Assembly: GCA_964605915.1 (NCBI GenBank)
Contig: CAZSET010000002.1
Location: 1-50,467, forward strand
Origin: an uncultured candidatus Brocadiaceae bacterium
Lineage (GTDB): Bacteria; Planctomycetota; Brocadiia; SM23-32
DNA: 50,467 bases
Reading direction: 5' to 3'
Shown: piece by piece, positions 42,679 to 50,467 of the stretch
How the letters are laid out: the number at the start of each line of letters is the position of its first letter
How positions within the stretch are numbered: the first letter of the stretch is position 1
Translations under genes and position numbers: made by a program
Notes under the pieces: model-generated
Databases searched by the model: none
What the model was told of the DNA's origin: nothing
What the model saw: the letters and a program-made list of their open reading frames with translations, nothing else

Positions 42679-43482
42679 GTGAGCGTGAACCGAACGAACG
42701 TGTACGACGTCGAGCCCCACGTGGCCGAGATCTACGATCAGCAGGAGGACTACACCGACGACGTGGAACTGATCCGCAGGCTCATCGGCCACCGGCAGAG
42801 CCTGCGCATCCTGGAGCCGTTCTGCGGAACAGGCCGTATACTCATCCCGCTCGCGCGGGACGGGCATGAGCTTGTGGGGCTGGATCAGGCGAAAGGGATG
42901 CTCGACCGCGCACGGACCAAGCTCCAGGAACTGCCTGAGCAGGCGCAGTCAAGAGTTACCTTGCTGCGGTGCGACGTCACAGACGGTGAGTGGCCGGGCG
43001 AGTTCGACCTGGTGCTCTTGGGCGGGAACTGCTTCTACGAGCTCGCATCGCCGGAGGAGCAGGAAGGCTGCATTGCCTCGGCTGCGGCGGCGTTGCGCAC
43101 CGGGGGATACGTCTACGTGGACAGCGACCACATGGAGGGAGAGCTTGACGAGTCGTGGCGAAGGCCCGGCGCGGGGCGGAGCTTTCCCACCGGGACCTGC
43201 GCCGACGGCACCCGGGTGGAGAGCAGCACGGAGACCATCTGGGTTGATGCTCGGCGCAGACTCGACAGGTTCCGTCGCCGGACCAAGGTGGTCTCCCCGG
43301 ACGGTCGCGTCACAGCGGCGGAATACATTCAGCAGAAGCATCCGTGCAGCACGGGCGAAGTGCGCGGATGGCTGGAGCGGCACGGCTTCGTCGTCCAGCA
43401 CCTGTTCGGTGATCGAGCCGGAAACCCGTACTCCGAGACGTCCGGAAGGGCCATCTTATGGGCATGCAAGAAGGGGCACTGA
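42679..43482 (+). CDS. Class I SAM-dependent methyltransferase (paralogue of 40097-40921)
   Basis: Motif I ILEPFCGTGRILIPLARDGHELVGLD, then LLRCDVTDGEWPGEFDLVLLGGNCFYEL and LRTGGYVYVD. GTG start at 42679 with GAAGGGAG upstream. Confidence 0.85.
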   Translation: MSVNRTNVYDVEPHVAEIYDQQEDYTDDVELIRRLIGHRQSLRILEPFCGTGRILIPLARDGHELVGLDQAKGMLDRARTKLQELPEQAQSRVTLLRCDVTDGEWPGEFDLVLLGGNCFYELASPEEQEGCIASAAAALRTGGYVYVDSDHMEGELDESWRRPGAGRSFPTGTCADGTRVESSTETIWVDARRRLDRFRRRTKVVSPDGRVTAAEYIQQKHPCSTGEVRGWLERHGFVVQHLFGDRAGNPYSETSGRAILWACKKGH

Positions 43483-43579
43483 GAGCAGGCCTCTGCACGC
43501 ACCACGTCAAGCGCGTTGCCGGCCATGGGAGGAGTTGGCCGCGGCCCGCTTCCGTACTGCATTGATGGCGACCCTCGCC

Positions 43580-43608
43580 TTGACTCAGGCGCACACGTGC
43601 GGTAGGCT
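43580..43608 (+). promoter_or_regulatory. Candidate promoter TTGACT-N17-TAGGCT for the lipoprotein gene
   Basis: Hexamers at 43580-43585 and 43603-43608 with a 17-nt spacer, about 48 nt upstream of ATG 43656. Confidence 0.35.
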
Positions 43609-43655
43609 GCGCGGCCATCGGCACTGCGAACATGCGCTAGGGAAGGAGGGTGAGC

Positions 43656-44078
43656 ATGACCAAGGCGAGACTGTCTGGGGCGCTGGCGATGCTGCTGTCT
43701 GCGGCCGTTCTGACGGGATGTGCGGCCATGGGATCCGGAGGGCCGACCGACGAGGAGCTTGCCCTCAAAGTGCTCGGCGACTACGAAGCGGCCATCGCGG
43801 CCTACGACGCCGACGTGGCCATGGCTCTGCTGGCGGACGACTACGAGGGCTGGCGCGGCAGTGGCAAGGAGGGCATCGCCCGCCTCGTTGACATGATGAA
43901 GGAGCGCGGCTCGGCGATGGAGCTCGACCTGAGCAGTGCCGTCGTGACCGTTGAGGGCGATACCGCCCGTGTCGCCGGCGTGGTGAGCCACATGGGGGAG
44001 TGGGACATGCGGTCGACCTACTTGCTCTCCCGGGCTGACGGGGGCTGGAAGATCAGGGGCATGGAGAGGGAGCAATAG
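43656..44078 (+). CDS. Small lipoprotein with an NTF2/SnoaL-like (DUF4440-type) fold
   Basis: Lipobox LSAAVLTGC. The LADDYEGW...VEGDTARVAGVV...GGWKI pattern is typical of NTF2-like cones. RBS GGAAGGAGG lies 6 nt before ATG 43656 (GTG 43650 is an alternative start). Confidence 0.75.
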   Translation: MTKARLSGALAMLLSAAVLTGCAAMGSGGPTDEELALKVLGDYEAAIAAYDADVAMALLADDYEGWRGSGKEGIARLVDMMKERGSAMELDLSSAVVTVEGDTARVAGVVSHMGEWDMRSTYLLSRADGGWKIRGMEREQ

Positions 44079-44131
44079 GCCGGCGAAGCGCCGCCTGCCC
44101 GGCGCCGGGCGAGCACCGACCAGCGGGCCGT

Positions 44132-46870
44132 TCACCTGGCGACGACCTCATACCAGAGCGTCCGATTGGCCGGGCCGATGGGAAGCACCGCGTGCCCGTT
44201 CTGTTCCGGGCTGAAGGGCACCGGCTCGCGCCGCTGCCCGCGTTCATCCAGCGCCCAGGCCTGGACGCTTTCCGCCGGCAGGGGCAAGATGATGCGGGCG
44301 GGGATGACTTCCACTAGCGTTGGCGGTTCGCCCCAGTTGCTGCGCAGCGTCACGCGGTCGTCGCCCAGCTCCTCCCAGCCCCAATTGGTGTTCTGCCTGC
44401 GCCCCGCCGCCGTGATCAGCAGTCGGCAACGCCCGGGCGAAGAGGGAGGAGCGAGCGGGGGCAAGCCGCCCTCCATGACCGTCACAGTGATTGCGCTGAA
44501 GCCTTCCTGGCTCGTGTCGCCCGGCTCGATAACAACGCCTCCCAGGTCGAACCGCTTGCCGCCGCCGAAGCCAATGACCGCCTTGCTCTTCGCGGTGTTC
44601 ACGGTCACCACGCCGCGCCCTTCGGAGCTGACGTCCCAGACCAGCTCGCCCGTATCGGAAGCGAATCGACCGTCCGGCAGCGACACCTGATCGGGCCGCA
44701 GCGCGCCGGGCGGTACTTGCCGTCCTTCGGTTGCGATGGCGACCCGGTGCAGCAGGGCTGCCTGCGGGGCCACGCCGGCGTGGCCGGCATTGACCAGTTG
44801 CCAGGGCCAGCTTGATGGGAGCCGTTCCAGTTCGGCCTGCACATCGATCTCGGCGACGACCTGCTGTTCGGCTGGCCGCACGTCGCCGCGCCGGAAGATC
44901 GCCATCGCGGGGACCAGGCCGGCCATCCGCACCGGATCCTGGTGGATGTTGAACCATCTGACGGAGCGGCGTTGGCCCCAGCCGTCTTCGCTGCCGTAGC
45001 GTGAGAGCGACAGGTAGTCCCAGTCCTGCAGGGAAGCATAAGCTGCATAGAGGATGTCGGCCTCTGCGCCGTAGCTGTTGGGCGCGGCGTGGCCGTACTC
45101 GGTCACGCATTGGGGCTGGTTGAGAACGCGGCGAAGGGCCAGATCGGTCAGGTTGCCGCCCGGCTGGTTCACCATGGGGACGTTGCTGACGTACCAGTCG
45201 TTCTGGTCCCACGGTCGGTTCGGGAACACCGGATGCGTCCAGTACGCGTGGGCGTCCGAGCAGTCCATGCTGGCCATCATGTTGGGCGTGCTGCAGCCGG
45301 TCGCCGTCCCGATCACCAGCCCCGTGACGCCCAGATCGTTCTTGTAGTAGCTGTGCATCGTCCGCCAGTACTTGTCTTCGGTATCCCAGAGGAACCTGAC
45401 CCAGTCGCGGCTGGCGTCGGCCGTGCGCCGACCCCCGGTGCGGGACAGCAGAAGCGGAACGGTACCGCCCTGGGCACTCTCTCCCTCGCTCAGGCCGACC
45501 AGACCGCCCTCGCGGAACGAGACGTCCGCCAGGTAGAAGACGCCGGCCGGCAGATCGAAGTCGAAGAGCACCCGCGCGTTGTCGTCGTCCGCGCCGGAGA
45601 TGAAGCCGTAGCGGAACTCCTGCCATTCGGTCGTCAGTTCTGCGGGGGCCGGGGACGCGAGGCGTTGCCACGGCGGGTGGGCCTCCTCGAAGCCGACCTG
45701 GATGCCGAGCGGCTCCTCCGCCCTGGCCCGGAAGGACAGCGTGTAGGCCTTGCCCTCGCGGACGGCCAGATGCTGCTGCTCGAAGCGGATCGGCCATCCG
45801 CTCTCCGGCGGCTTGGTGACCGTCACGCGCACCGCCCGCCCGCCCTGCGGCGCGTTGGGGACGTCCTCCACCACGTCCATCCCGCCCTGGGCGTTGTGAT
45901 GCAGCTCGATGACCCATTGGTCGAGCCCCGAAGCAAAGTCACCGTCGACCAGCAGCTCGCGGCCGAGCGGCTCGGCCGTCCTGTCCCAGGCCTCGCGCAG
46001 CCGGCCGGTCGTTCCGTAGCGCTCCGCGAGCCAATCGTTCCACTTGCGCTGCAGTTCGGCGAGGAAGACCTTCGGCAGATCGTCGAGCCGCCCACCGAGC
46101 CAGGCATGCAGGAGGCCGTTCTCGTTGTGGATCTCGACGAACGCGACGGCCGGGTCTTCGGCGTAGGTCAGGCCGGTGTAGGCGTTGCGGTGCGTCAGCA
46201 GCTTGCGTGCGTACTCCTTCTGCAGCTCCAGCGCCGGCTCGTAGAAGAACCCCATGATGTTGCGGTCCGGCGCCTCGCGAATCCGGTCGATCTCGGCCGG
46301 GAGTCCGTCGTCCTTGTTGATATAACGGTAGCAGAGCGTGTTCATGTTGACGTAGATGCCGTTCTGCTTGAGCTGAGCGATGAAGTAGTCCAGCCGGTCG
46401 AGGCCCTCGGGATCCAGGTCGCGGGTGTGCGCAGGATCGGCCGCGATGATGCCCCGGGGGTAGCGCGCCATGTCCATAATGTGGAACCGGACGATGTTGA
46501 TGCCGAACTTCGCCGACCGGGCGGCGATCTTCTCGGCGTTCGCCTTCTGCGGCATGGTGGCGTCGAAGGTCAGGTCGACGCCAAAGAAGCGGATGCGCTG
46601 TCGGCCGACGTAGAGGTGCCCGTCCTCGCCGACCCGCACCGGCCCCAGATCGCCGGCGGGCTTGTGGTTCCAGCCGCTCAGGTCGGTCGGGCCCGGCGTC
46701 GCATCGTCCCAGGGCAGCACGAACGGGCAGAGCTCGTCCGGTTGGCCTTGCCCCCCCAAGGACAAGACTGAGTAAAGGAGCCACACAGCACAGGAGGTCC
46801 CTACCAGTGCAGAGCCCAAAGCGTTCTCCTCTCGGCCTTGAAGAGTACGGGGACACAACCACCGGCGCAT
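44132..46870 (-). CDS. Large secreted GH5-like (clan GH-A) glycoside hydrolase with an inserted CBM4/9-like beta-sandwich and C-terminal beta domains
   Basis: FGINIVRFHIMD, GIYVNMNT, AFVEIHNENGLLHAW (NE acid/base-type motif) and WNDWLAERYGTTGRLREAWD. The CBM-like stretch is LVDGDFASGLDQWVIE...GKAYTLSFRARA. The start is taken at MRRWLCP (46870), before a hydrophobic signal-like segment, and is uncertain (46927 is also possible). Confidence 0.8.
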   Translation of the reverse strand: MRRWLCPRTLQGREENALGSALVGTSCAVWLLYSVLSLGGQGQPDELCPFVLPWDDATPGPTDLSGWNHKPAGDLGPVRVGEDGHLYVGRQRIRFFGVDLTFDATMPQKANAEKIAARSAKFGINIVRFHIMDMARYPRGIIAADPAHTRDLDPEGLDRLDYFIAQLKQNGIYVNMNTLCYRYINKDDGLPAEIDRIREAPDRNIMGFFYEPALELQKEYARKLLTHRNAYTGLTYAEDPAVAFVEIHNENGLLHAWLGGRLDDLPKVFLAELQRKWNDWLAERYGTTGRLREAWDRTAEPLGRELLVDGDFASGLDQWVIELHHNAQGGMDVVEDVPNAPQGGRAVRVTVTKPPESGWPIRFEQQHLAVREGKAYTLSFRARAEEPLGIQVGFEEAHPPWQRLASPAPAELTTEWQEFRYGFISGADDDNARVLFDFDLPAGVFYLADVSFREGGLVGLSEGESAQGGTVPLLLSRTGGRRTADASRDWVRFLWDTEDKYWRTMHSYYKNDLGVTGLVIGTATGCSTPNMMASMDCSDAHAYWTHPVFPNRPWDQNDWYVSNVPMVNQPGGNLTDLALRRVLNQPQCVTEYGHAAPNSYGAEADILYAAYASLQDWDYLSLSRYGSEDGWGQRRSVRWFNIHQDPVRMAGLVPAMAIFRRGDVRPAEQQVVAEIDVQAELERLPSSWPWQLVNAGHAGVAPQAALLHRVAIATEGRQVPPGALRPDQVSLPDGRFASDTGELVWDVSSEGRGVVTVNTAKSKAVIGFGGGKRFDLGGVVIEPGDTSQEGFSAITVTVMEGGLPPLAPPSSPGRCRLLITAAGRRQNTNWGWEELGDDRVTLRSNWGEPPTLVEVIPARIILPLPAESVQAWALDERGQRREPVPFSPEQNGHAVLPIGPANRTLWYEVVAR

Positions 46871-46983
46871 AGTGTACCGGCCCGACCTGCCGAAGTGAAG
46901 CGCAACGTTCCCGTGCTTCCGCCGCATGGTGAGCCGCTCACGCCAGTTGCCGGATCCGGGCGCGGTACTCGGACGCCAGGTGC

Positions 46984-47331
46984 TCAACAAGGAGGCGCGG
47001 CGGGGGGGATAGCAGGCGCTTCGTTGTACTCAAAGGGAACGTATCGGTACACGACGGCGAAGTCCGTCAGATCAGCCAGGGGAGAGAACCCACCGGGCAC
47101 GCTTTGTCCGCTTTCCGTCAGCAGGCCCATGAGTCGTTCGATGTCGTGGATCCGGGGGTAGGTTACACGTGCCAGACTGAGCCACGCCTTCAGTGCTTTT
47201 TCTGCAGCCTGCTGGGCATGGAAACCGAACACCTCGTCTGCGAAAGCGTCCGGATCGCCCATGGCCCTCAGGGCCGTCAGGTCCCTGCGCGCTGCGCTGA
47301 GCATCAGCCGAGCATGGTCAAGGTCGCTCAT
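46984..47331 (-). CDS. HEPN-domain protein (HepT-like toxin candidate)
   Basis: LMLSAARRDLTAL...FHAQQAAEKALKAWLSLARVTYPRIHDIERL is the HEPN helical signature with an R-x6-H arrangement (RVTYPRIH). ATG 47331 overlaps the upstream NTase gene by 14 nt. Confidence 0.85.
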   Translation of the reverse strand: MSDLDHARLMLSAARRDLTALRAMGDPDAFADEVFGFHAQQAAEKALKAWLSLARVTYPRIHDIERLMGLLTESGQSVPGGFSPLADLTDFAVVYRYVPFEYNEAPAIPPAAPPC

Positions 47332-47650
47332 ACAGCACAGCTCCTTCCCGCAGACTGCGCGCAACGATGTGGTTCCGCGAGTTCCGCCACTTGGACAGCT
47401 CCGCCGCACTGACAACAAGTATGTCCTTGGGCACGGCGAAGCCCGACAACGCGCGGCGGATCCTGCGGGTCTCCTGCATGCGCGTCCGGTCGCCGCGGAA
47501 GGGCTCCTCCTCCACGACAAGCAGGTCCACGTCGGAACCCGGTCCTGCGCCCCCTGCTGCCCGAGAGCCGAACAGCACGATCAGGCGAGGATGGACCGCT
47601 TCCACGATAGCCCGAGCCATCTCCTGGACAACGGTCTCGGCAGGCGGCAT
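47318..47650 (-). CDS. Minimal nucleotidyltransferase (MNT/MntA-like antitoxin candidate)
   Basis: GSx10DxD motif (GSRAAGGAGPGSDVDLLV) of the pol-beta-type NTase fold. 110 aa. GGAGGGG RBS upstream of ATG 47650. Confidence 0.9.
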   Translation of the reverse strand: MPPAETVVQEMARAIVEAVHPRLIVLFGSRAAGGAGPGSDVDLLVVEEEPFRGDRTRMQETRRIRRALSGFAVPKDILVVSAAELSKWRNSRNHIVARSLREGAVLYERP

Positions 47651-47671
47651 CGGCCTGTTGCCCCTCCGATT

Positions 47672-48481
47672 CTACGTCAGGTAGCCCAGCAGGCGGGCGA
47701 GGGTGGGCTTGATCCGCTTGCGCTCGACTATGATGTCGATGAACCCGTGCTCCAGCAGGAACTCTGCGGTCTGGAAGTCCTCTGGCAGTTCCTGCTTGAT
47801 GGTCTGCTCGATCACGCGCCGCCCCGCGAAGCCGATCAGCGCCCCCGGCTCGGCGACTATCACGTCGCCCATCGAGGCCCAACTAGCCGTCACGCCCCCC
47901 GTGGTCGGATGCGTCATCACGCTGATATAGCAGCCGCCTGCGCGGTGGAACCGGTTCAGCGCGGCGCACGTCTTCGCCATTTGCATTAGGGACCACGCGC
48001 TCTCCTGCATGCGGGCGCCGCCCGAGGCCGCCACGGTGACCAGCGGCAGCTCGCGCTCCATGGCCAGCTCGACGGCGCGGGTTAGCTTCTCTCCTACCAC
48101 GCTGCCCATGCTGGCGCCGCGGAATCGGAAGTCCATGGCCGCGAACACGACAGGCCGCCCCTCGACCTTGCACGTCCCGCAAATGATGGCCTCGTTGAGC
48201 CCGGTCCTCTCCGTGTCCTTCTTTAGGTCGTCCACGTAGGCCTTCTTGGCCACGAAGTTGAGCGGGTCGCAGGGCAGCAGGTCACCGTCGCACTCCTCGA
48301 AGGTCCCCGGGTCGGTGTGCAGCCGGACGCGGTCCCACGCGCCGATCCTGAAGTGGTAGTTGCACTCCGGGCAGGTCTGGAGGAGCTCCTCGACGTTCTT
48401 GCGGTAAACCATCGCCCCGCACCCGTCGCACTTGACGAAGATCCCGTCGGGCACCTGCTTCTTTTTGCTGAATCTTAGCAT
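47672..48481 (-). CDS. accD: Acetyl-CoA carboxylase carboxyltransferase beta subunit
   Basis: Zn-ribbon VKCDGCGAMVYRKNVEELLQTCPECNYHFRI, followed by FRGASMGSVVGEKLTRAVELA and TVAASGGARMQE. Confidence 0.96.
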   Translation of the reverse strand: MLRFSKKKQVPDGIFVKCDGCGAMVYRKNVEELLQTCPECNYHFRIGAWDRVRLHTDPGTFEECDGDLLPCDPLNFVAKKAYVDDLKKDTERTGLNEAIICGTCKVEGRPVVFAAMDFRFRGASMGSVVGEKLTRAVELAMERELPLVTVAASGGARMQESAWSLMQMAKTCAALNRFHRAGGCYISVMTHPTTGGVTASWASMGDVIVAEPGALIGFAGRRVIEQTIKQELPEDFQTAEFLLEHGFIDIIVERKRIKPTLARLLGYLT

Positions 48482-48539
48482 CCGCCTATGGCGCGTTATG
48501 GTTCATGGCTCCGGGCACAGGACTCACCTGCTGGCCCCA

Positions 48540-48568
48540 ATTCTACCACATTAGCCGGGGTCTGACTA
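48540..48568 (-). promoter_or_regulatory. Candidate accD promoter with extended -10 (TAGTCA-N17-TGgTAGAAT on the minus strand)
   Basis: The reverse complement of 48540-48545 is TAGAAT, preceded by TGG. The -35-like TAGTCA is the reverse complement of 48563-48568. The element lies about 60 nt upstream of ATG 48481. Confidence 0.35.
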
Positions 48569-48635
48569 AATGGCATCGTGCCAGGGAGAGCATCCACCGT
48601 GTGGGCCGCGCGCCGAGCGCCGGATAGCTCTCCGG

Positions 48636-49043
48636 TCATGACCCCTGAATCGGCTCCAAATCGGCGCCCAGGCAGACCTCCTGCCCCGGACAAGTCTCGA
48701 GCTCCACCACCCGGTCTCCGCACCGCACAAGGCAGGGCCCGCCCCTGCCGGACAGGATTCGGGCCTGGGCAAGGGATCCGTCCCGCCACCGGATGTCCAC
48801 CTGGAACCCTCCGCGGGCCCTCAGCCCGCGCACGCTACCCGTCGGCCAATCAGCAGGCAGGGCGGGCAGCAGGTGCAGGCAGCCGGCATGGCCCTGCAGC
48901 AGCATCTCTGCGACGGCCGCGGTGCCGCCGAAGTTCCCGTCTATCTGGAAAGGCGGGTGAGTGTCGAACAGGTTGGGCAGCGTCGATTCGCGGAGCAGCG
49001 CCTGCAGGTTTTCCCGCGCCGGCCGGGTGTACCAGAGCTTCAT
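48636..49043 (-). pseudogene. GH95 alpha-L-fucosidase C-terminal fragment (135 codons of a normally ~800-aa enzyme)
   Basis: [66 protein letters not shown] is the conserved GH95 C-terminal block. Everything N-terminal to it is missing. Confidence 0.7.
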
Positions 49044-49152
49044 CTGGGACGGCCCTCCAGGGGACTAGCCGGCGTGATGGGGCTGTGCCCTGGTCTGGGG
49101 GGACGGGCCTGCAGATGGTCCGACCCGTCGGCCTCGGCCCGAATCGGGGCCT

Positions 49153-49824
49153 TCAGCCCTCTCGACGCAGGGCCTCCAGGGCGGCCTGCTTCAAGTTCCG
49201 CACCGCCTGTGCGGGGGGCAGGTCGGCGTGGAAGACGGCGTAGCCGGCCACCATCACGTTGGCGCCGTACTGCACGGCGGTACCCACGGTCTCGGGCCCG
49301 ATGCCGCCGTCCACGTAGATGTCGATCTCGTCCCCGAACATCCGCCGCAGGGCCGGTATCTTGCGACAGGCGGATTCCATAAAGCCCTGCCCGCTGAAGC
49401 CCGGCTCCACGGTCATAACCATCAGGCAGTCCAGCTCGCCCACGGCGTCTTGCACGCTCTCGGGAGGAGTGGCCGGCTTGAGGGCGAGGCCCACCTCGGC
49501 TCCATGCTCCTTGACCTGGCGGACCGCCGACATCAGGTCCTCGACGGCCTCCACGTGGAACATCAGCACGTCGGCGCCTGCCTCGATGAACGTGGGGGCG
49601 TAGCGCACGGGGTCGGTGATCATCAGGTGGGTGCTGACGGGGACGGTGGCGCACTCGGCGATGGCGGCAGCCAGGTAGGGACCGACCATGATGTTGGGCA
49701 CGAAGTGGCCGTCGGCCACGTCGATGTGTAGCATCTCGACTCCCGCTTCTTCCAGCTCGCGGACCGCCGCTGCCACGTTCGTCAGGTCGGACTCCACCAT
49801 TGAGGGTGCGATCTTGATCTGCAT
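49153..49824 (-). CDS. rpe: Ribulose-phosphate 3-epimerase
   Basis: IAPSMVESDL, LHIDVADGHFVPN, HLMI, MTVEPGFSGQGF and VDGGI are canonical Rpe motifs. Confidence 0.96.
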   Translation of the reverse strand: MQIKIAPSMVESDLTNVAAAVRELEEAGVEMLHIDVADGHFVPNIMVGPYLAAAIAECATVPVSTHLMITDPVRYAPTFIEAGADVLMFHVEAVEDLMSAVRQVKEHGAEVGLALKPATPPESVQDAVGELDCLMVMTVEPGFSGQGFMESACRKIPALRRMFGDEIDIYVDGGIGPETVGTAVQYGANVMVAGYAVFHADLPPAQAVRNLKQAALEALRREG

Positions 49825-49841
49825 TGCGCTCCTTGGGGGTC

Positions 49842-50467
49842 TCAGTCCAGGGCCGTGATGCCCGGCAGCTCTTCTCCGCCCAGGAAGGCGAGGGAGGCCC
49901 CGCCGCCCGTGGAAACGTGGCTGATCTTGTCCTGGAGCCCAAGCTCCTCGACGGCCTCGGCGGTCTCCCCGCCTCCGACGATGGTCGTCGCATCGGACGC
50001 GGCCATTGCCCGGGCGACGGCCTTCGTGCCGGCGGCGAACGCGTCTATCTCGAAGTAGCCGACCGGCCCGTTCCAGGTCACCAGGGCGGCCTCCTTGATC
50101 TTCTGTTCGTACCGGGCGACGGTCTTGGGGCCGATGTCCAGGCCGATCCAGCCGTCGGGGATCTCGTCGTCGAAGGTGCGGACCTCCGCCTCGGGATCGA
50201 TCTTCTGCGCGCAGACGTGGTCGACGGGCAGCATGATCTTGTCCCCGCCGAGCTCGAGCAGTTCGGCCGCCACGTCCAGACGGTCCTCCTCGACCAGGGA
50301 TGCACCCACGCCGACGCCCTGGTGCTTGAGGAAGGTGTAGGCCATGGCGCCGCCGATGAGCATGGCGTCCACTTTGTCCAGCAGGTTTCGCAGGACCTGG
50401 ATCTTGTCGGAGACCTTCGCCCCGCCCATGACGGCCACGTAGGGATGATCGGGGTTTTTGGTGGCCC
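49842..50467 (-). CDS. pgk: Phosphoglycerate kinase, C-terminal ~208 codons (5' end beyond the right edge)
   Basis: ATKNPDHPYVAVMGGAKVSDKIQVLRNLL, WNGPVGYFE, GGGETAEAV and STGGGASLAFLGG. The frame is open to the window edge. Confidence 0.96.
   Translation of the reverse strand, partial: ATKNPDHPYVAVMGGAKVSDKIQVLRNLLDKVDAMLIGGAMAYTFLKHQGVGVGASLVEEDRLDVAAELLELGGDKIMLPVDHVCAQKIDPEAEVRTFDDEIPDGWIGLDIGPKTVARYEQKIKEAALVTWNGPVGYFEIDAFAAGTKAVARAMAASDATTIVGGGETAEAVEELGLQDKISHVSTGGGASLAFLGGEELPGITALD

Noticed and set aside
35300-47650. A prophage or integrative element spanning the RM module, the MTase/GNAT patch and the TA pair.
   Set aside because: No integrase, recombinase, phage structural gene, tRNA attachment site or clear flanking direct repeats were found. 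A large native-looking high-GC GH5-like gene also interrupts the interval.
1-50467. CRISPR arrays, tRNA, rRNA or tmRNA genes, and large DNA-level tandem or inverted repeats.
   Set aside because: Reading the intergenic regions found no regularly spaced direct repeats and no cloverleaf-like or rRNA-like segments. The only notable DNA-level repeat is the ~26-nt match between the two BlaR1 modules.

Overview
This is a 50.5 kb window of high-GC DNA, roughly two-thirds G+C from hand counts of sample lines. Coding density is high, and long antisense ORFs typical of GC-rich genomes clutter the six-frame track. All calls rest on motifs recognised by eye, because no searches were possible. I found no rRNA, tRNA, CRISPR array, integrase or intact transposase. 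The gene content suggests a glycan-degrading Gram-negative heterotroph, possibly from the PVC group, but that is inference only. The content falls into three groups. (1) Housekeeping genes: a uridine-kinase-like gene, catalase, accD, rpe and a partial pgk. (2) Several glycoside-hydrolase blocks: GH38 with a clan GH-A enzyme; GH29 with a GHL10-like gene, an FG-GAP propeller and GH9; a large GH5-like gene with a CBM-like insert; and a GH95 fragment. (3) Accessory and regulatory modules. These are a translationally coupled secretin/HlyD/ABC ATPase/MacB-permease operon; an ECF sigma plus membrane anti-sigma-like pair; a BlaI repressor with an 1853-aa BlaR1/M56 sensor carrying internal repeats; a lower-GC two-gene restriction-modification-like module (nuclease-like domain fused to an N6 methyltransferase, plus a two-TRD S subunit); a patch of SAM-methyltransferase and GNAT paralogues preceded by a terminator-containing leader; and an MNT/HEPN toxin-antitoxin pair. 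Several gene remnants mark past rearrangement: IS630-like, TlpA-like, threonine dehydratase, an ECF sigma N-terminus, a SAM-MTase C-terminus, an SGNH hydrolase C-terminus, a GH95 C-terminus and a frameshifted GNAT. The most interesting candidates are the secretin-capped ABC exporter operon and the atypical RM-like module.
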